DNA from: Haliotis rubra
Lineage: Eukaryota
Length of the DNA: 64,000 bases
Direction: 5' to 3'
NCBI RefSeq assembly: GCF_003918875.1
Contig: NW_025767734.1
Span: 186,001 to 250,000 of the forward strand
In this document: piece by piece, positions 61,315-64,000 of the stretch
How positions within the stretch are numbered: the first letter of the stretch is position 1
How the letters are laid out: every line of letters begins with the position of its first letter
Program-made: the position numbers and the translations under genes
The notes under the pieces: model-generated
Seen by the model: only the letters and a program-made list of their open reading frames with translations
The model's database searches: none
What the model was told of the DNA's origin: nothing

Positions 61315-61565
61315 GCGCCCACAACAGTTACCTACTGGCATTACCGTCTCACGTGGCCCCCAGTTACAACAGTTACCTACTGGCATTACACGTGGCCCCA
61401 CACGTGGCATTACCGTCTCACGTGGCCCCCACAAGAGTTACCTACTGGCATTACCGTCTCACGTGGCCCCCACAACAATTTCCTACTGGCATTACCGTCT
61501 CACGTTGTTCCCACAACAGTTACCTACTGGCATTACCGTCACACGTGGCCCCCAAAACAGTTACT
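61315..61565. repeat. ~41-bp minisatellite (~6 units)
   Basis: CCCACAACAGTTACCTACTGGCATTACCGTCTCACGTGGC repeats. Confidence 0.9.
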
Positions 61566-61982
61566 ATGTATGTCTGTATGTCTTGATTCAGCGTTTCTAT
61601 TCATTCATTGATTCAAAACGTTTTTAGTTGTCATTGTTTGCTGGGTACAACCAAAGGGACCATGCGTCAGATGACACGTTGGACTCCTATTCAGATGCAC
61701 GTCTGTCTTACACCCATGATGTGAAAGGAAGCACGCAGTTGGTATTTCCCAGTTATTCATTGCAAGCAGAGATATCCGCAAAGCAGTAGTTTCCCTTAGC
61801 TATGCCAAGATTCAATGGCAATGGGTCCGAATACGAGATTACCACTGTTTATGAATGAGTGCATTTTTGCACTTAGGTCACATGTAAATACGACTTCCAC
61901 TCCTTCACAATTGTAATCGTTACGACTCTTATATATTTAGCATAACCTTATCAGACCAGGCTGAGTATCAGTTCCAAAGAGG

Positions 61983-63297
61983 ATGACGTCCACGAAAGAA
62001 GTTAATTTTGACAGTATCTTTGACGCATTAGGATGGAGGGGAAGATATCAAATGATTCAAGTCTTTTTTGCCTCACTAATGGTGCTGCCAATGCGATTTA
62101 ATACGATGAGCATAATTTTCATAGGTAAGTCTCAGTTTAACGAATCACCATACCAATTTCAAGCTATTTAACCAAGAACGAATCCTGCTGTATCCCGACC
62201 ACAGGTTAACGCACACCCATTCACCACATAACTCGTACCCAACATGTGTATTTAGGACATAAATGACTTGTAGATTATTTTTTTACCCACCATATGTATT
62301 ACAAACATAAATAGCACAAACAACAAACAGAATCAGAGTTGAATGTAAGAACTTAAACTAAGAACAGGGCACCTGGCATATATGCACTTGAGCCACAATA
62401 CAAGGGGGTTCACACAAGTTCACACGGTCAGTAGTAGCAAGAGTGGTCACCTTGTGCATTGAGGCAGGCCTGGCACCTTCGCCTCAAAGAGGCCACTAAA
62501 GCCCAGTTTTCCGAATCGCCCAGGGCAAGATCTCCGCCAAATCCTCCTCGGATTTGGCGGAGTTCATGCAGAGGGGGATTCGGAAAACGTCACTCCATTT
62601 CATCCCTCTTTCTCTTTCGCCTTTAAAAAAGTCAAAAACTGAAAATAATGGACTTTATGTCAAAGGTGAATTTCACTGTCTCATGTACCGTGTCAGTAAA
62701 TTAATTGGCTATGCTTGATGTAACGTGACAATTGCACGTGCTTCCTGCAACTGGACTACAGTTACTTTACCCTCGTAAAACGTCACAGAAATTCAAAACA
62801 AAATGATAATAGTTGATTAAGTAACTTATTTTCCAGAGTTAGTCTGATGTTTTCATTACATTCTGCGTTGAAATGAATGTTTGATCATGATCCGATTTGG
62901 AGTTAAATTGTAATTCATTTTGACCCAAACAGACTGAACATGCTAAGGTTCAGTGCCTCTTTTGTCAATAATACAAGCCATAAAATATCCTCCAATATTA
63001 TGAATATCACTTTCTAACATGCCAAGATTGTCTTTAAAAGTATATGTTATGGTTTCTGTATGAAATAGGTATCATTGTCCTTCAGGAATTCATGTCCCGA
63101 GCCACTGTAACGTTCTGAAGAATGAAACATCTGTTGTTGAGAGTCTCGGGTTTCAAGCAGACATCTCTGACTTGAACATAACATACCATGAATGTGGAAT
63201 CAGCATTACGTCAACTATATCTGGACATTCGGAAGAACTTACGTGTATAGAAGGTCGTCAGTACGAACAACCGCGGGAACTCTCACTTGTTTCTGAG
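61983..63297 (+). CDS. SLC22 / organic cation transporter-like protein, copy 2 (exons 1-2 only; continues beyond window)
   Basis: Exons 61983..62124 and 63086..63297 are near-identical to copy 1 exons 1-2, with the same lengths (142, 212 nt) and conserved splice sites. Confidence 0.88.
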
Positions 63298-64000
63298 GTA
63301 AGAGTACGATATGCATATTGAAAGAACCATTTAAATCCTCTATCATCTTGTGTTACTAAGGGACAACGGACAAATACTTTCATAATACAGCCTAGCGGTT
63401 TCCTTTGAAGAATGGGAAACTGTCATGTTCTGTTATACTCGCATTATTGTTATAGCGGTGATTAGTCAACTCACTCACTCACTCACTCACTCTTACTCAG
63501 CCCTGATCACTTGGGACTTATAAGTTGTTTTCTCCTTACACATTTTCAAACGCTTTTAGTTACGTTTGATGTCTTTAATATATATTATACACGGTCTTGC
63601 ATATCTACACTTGACATGTCCACCATAATGGTTTAATATGTTCTCGTCACGATATGGCTGAAATATTGCCGATGAGACTTTAAATAATAAGTCACTCACT
63701 CACTCCATAATGGTTTAAAAAACTTTAACGAGACCTTGATGTTGTAACAGTGAAAACACAACTATTCAGAAACAATTGCATAACACACCGTTGAAAGAGC
63801 GTGTTCGATTGCATATACATTGGTAAGGCTGGAGCTGTTGGATTATTATTCAACATGTTGGAACACTTGATTTTCGGAAGGTTGATGTCCTGACCATTCT
63901 GGAACGATATCAGATTAACGATATACATAAAGCTTTAAGATATACTTCCATACCAAATTCTCTTGTCTTGACATCAGAACAATTGAATCGTGTCCTTCGA

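Overview
Eukaryotic, intron-rich, repeat-dense genomic DNA from a marine invertebrate. A mollusc, possibly a gastropod such as abalone, is inferred from the SINE/LINE repertoire but not verified. It holds four + strand spliced genes in two tandem paralog pairs. The first pair are alpha-arrestin (arrestin-domain, ARRDC/TXNIP family) genes: CDS 2693-19412 (7 exons, with a 2-nt frameshift in exon 3) and CDS 26489-42873 (6 exons, no PPxY tail). The second pair are SLC22/organic-cation-transporter-like MFS genes: 46090-55657 (10 exons, about 576 aa) and a recent duplicate starting at 61983 that runs off the window. Intron 1 of arrestin gene 1 carries a ~7.2-kb decayed DIRS1-type tyrosine-recombinase retrotransposon with intact ITR/ICR architecture, an internal RT deletion, a nested 5-bp-TSD DNA transposon and an array of conserved hairpins. 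Intron 1 of arrestin gene 2 carries a 92-bp satellite with a nested hAT > LINE > Tc1 stack. Also present are tRNA-SINEs, a non-tRNA-headed SINE-like family with a covarying pseudoknot at its 5' end, MITEs, Penelope-like fragments, a minus-strand LINE with a nested MULE, several minisatellites and an assembly gap. The two best candidates for undescribed structure are the DIRS hairpin array (~10080-10460) and the structured 5' head of the SINE-like family.
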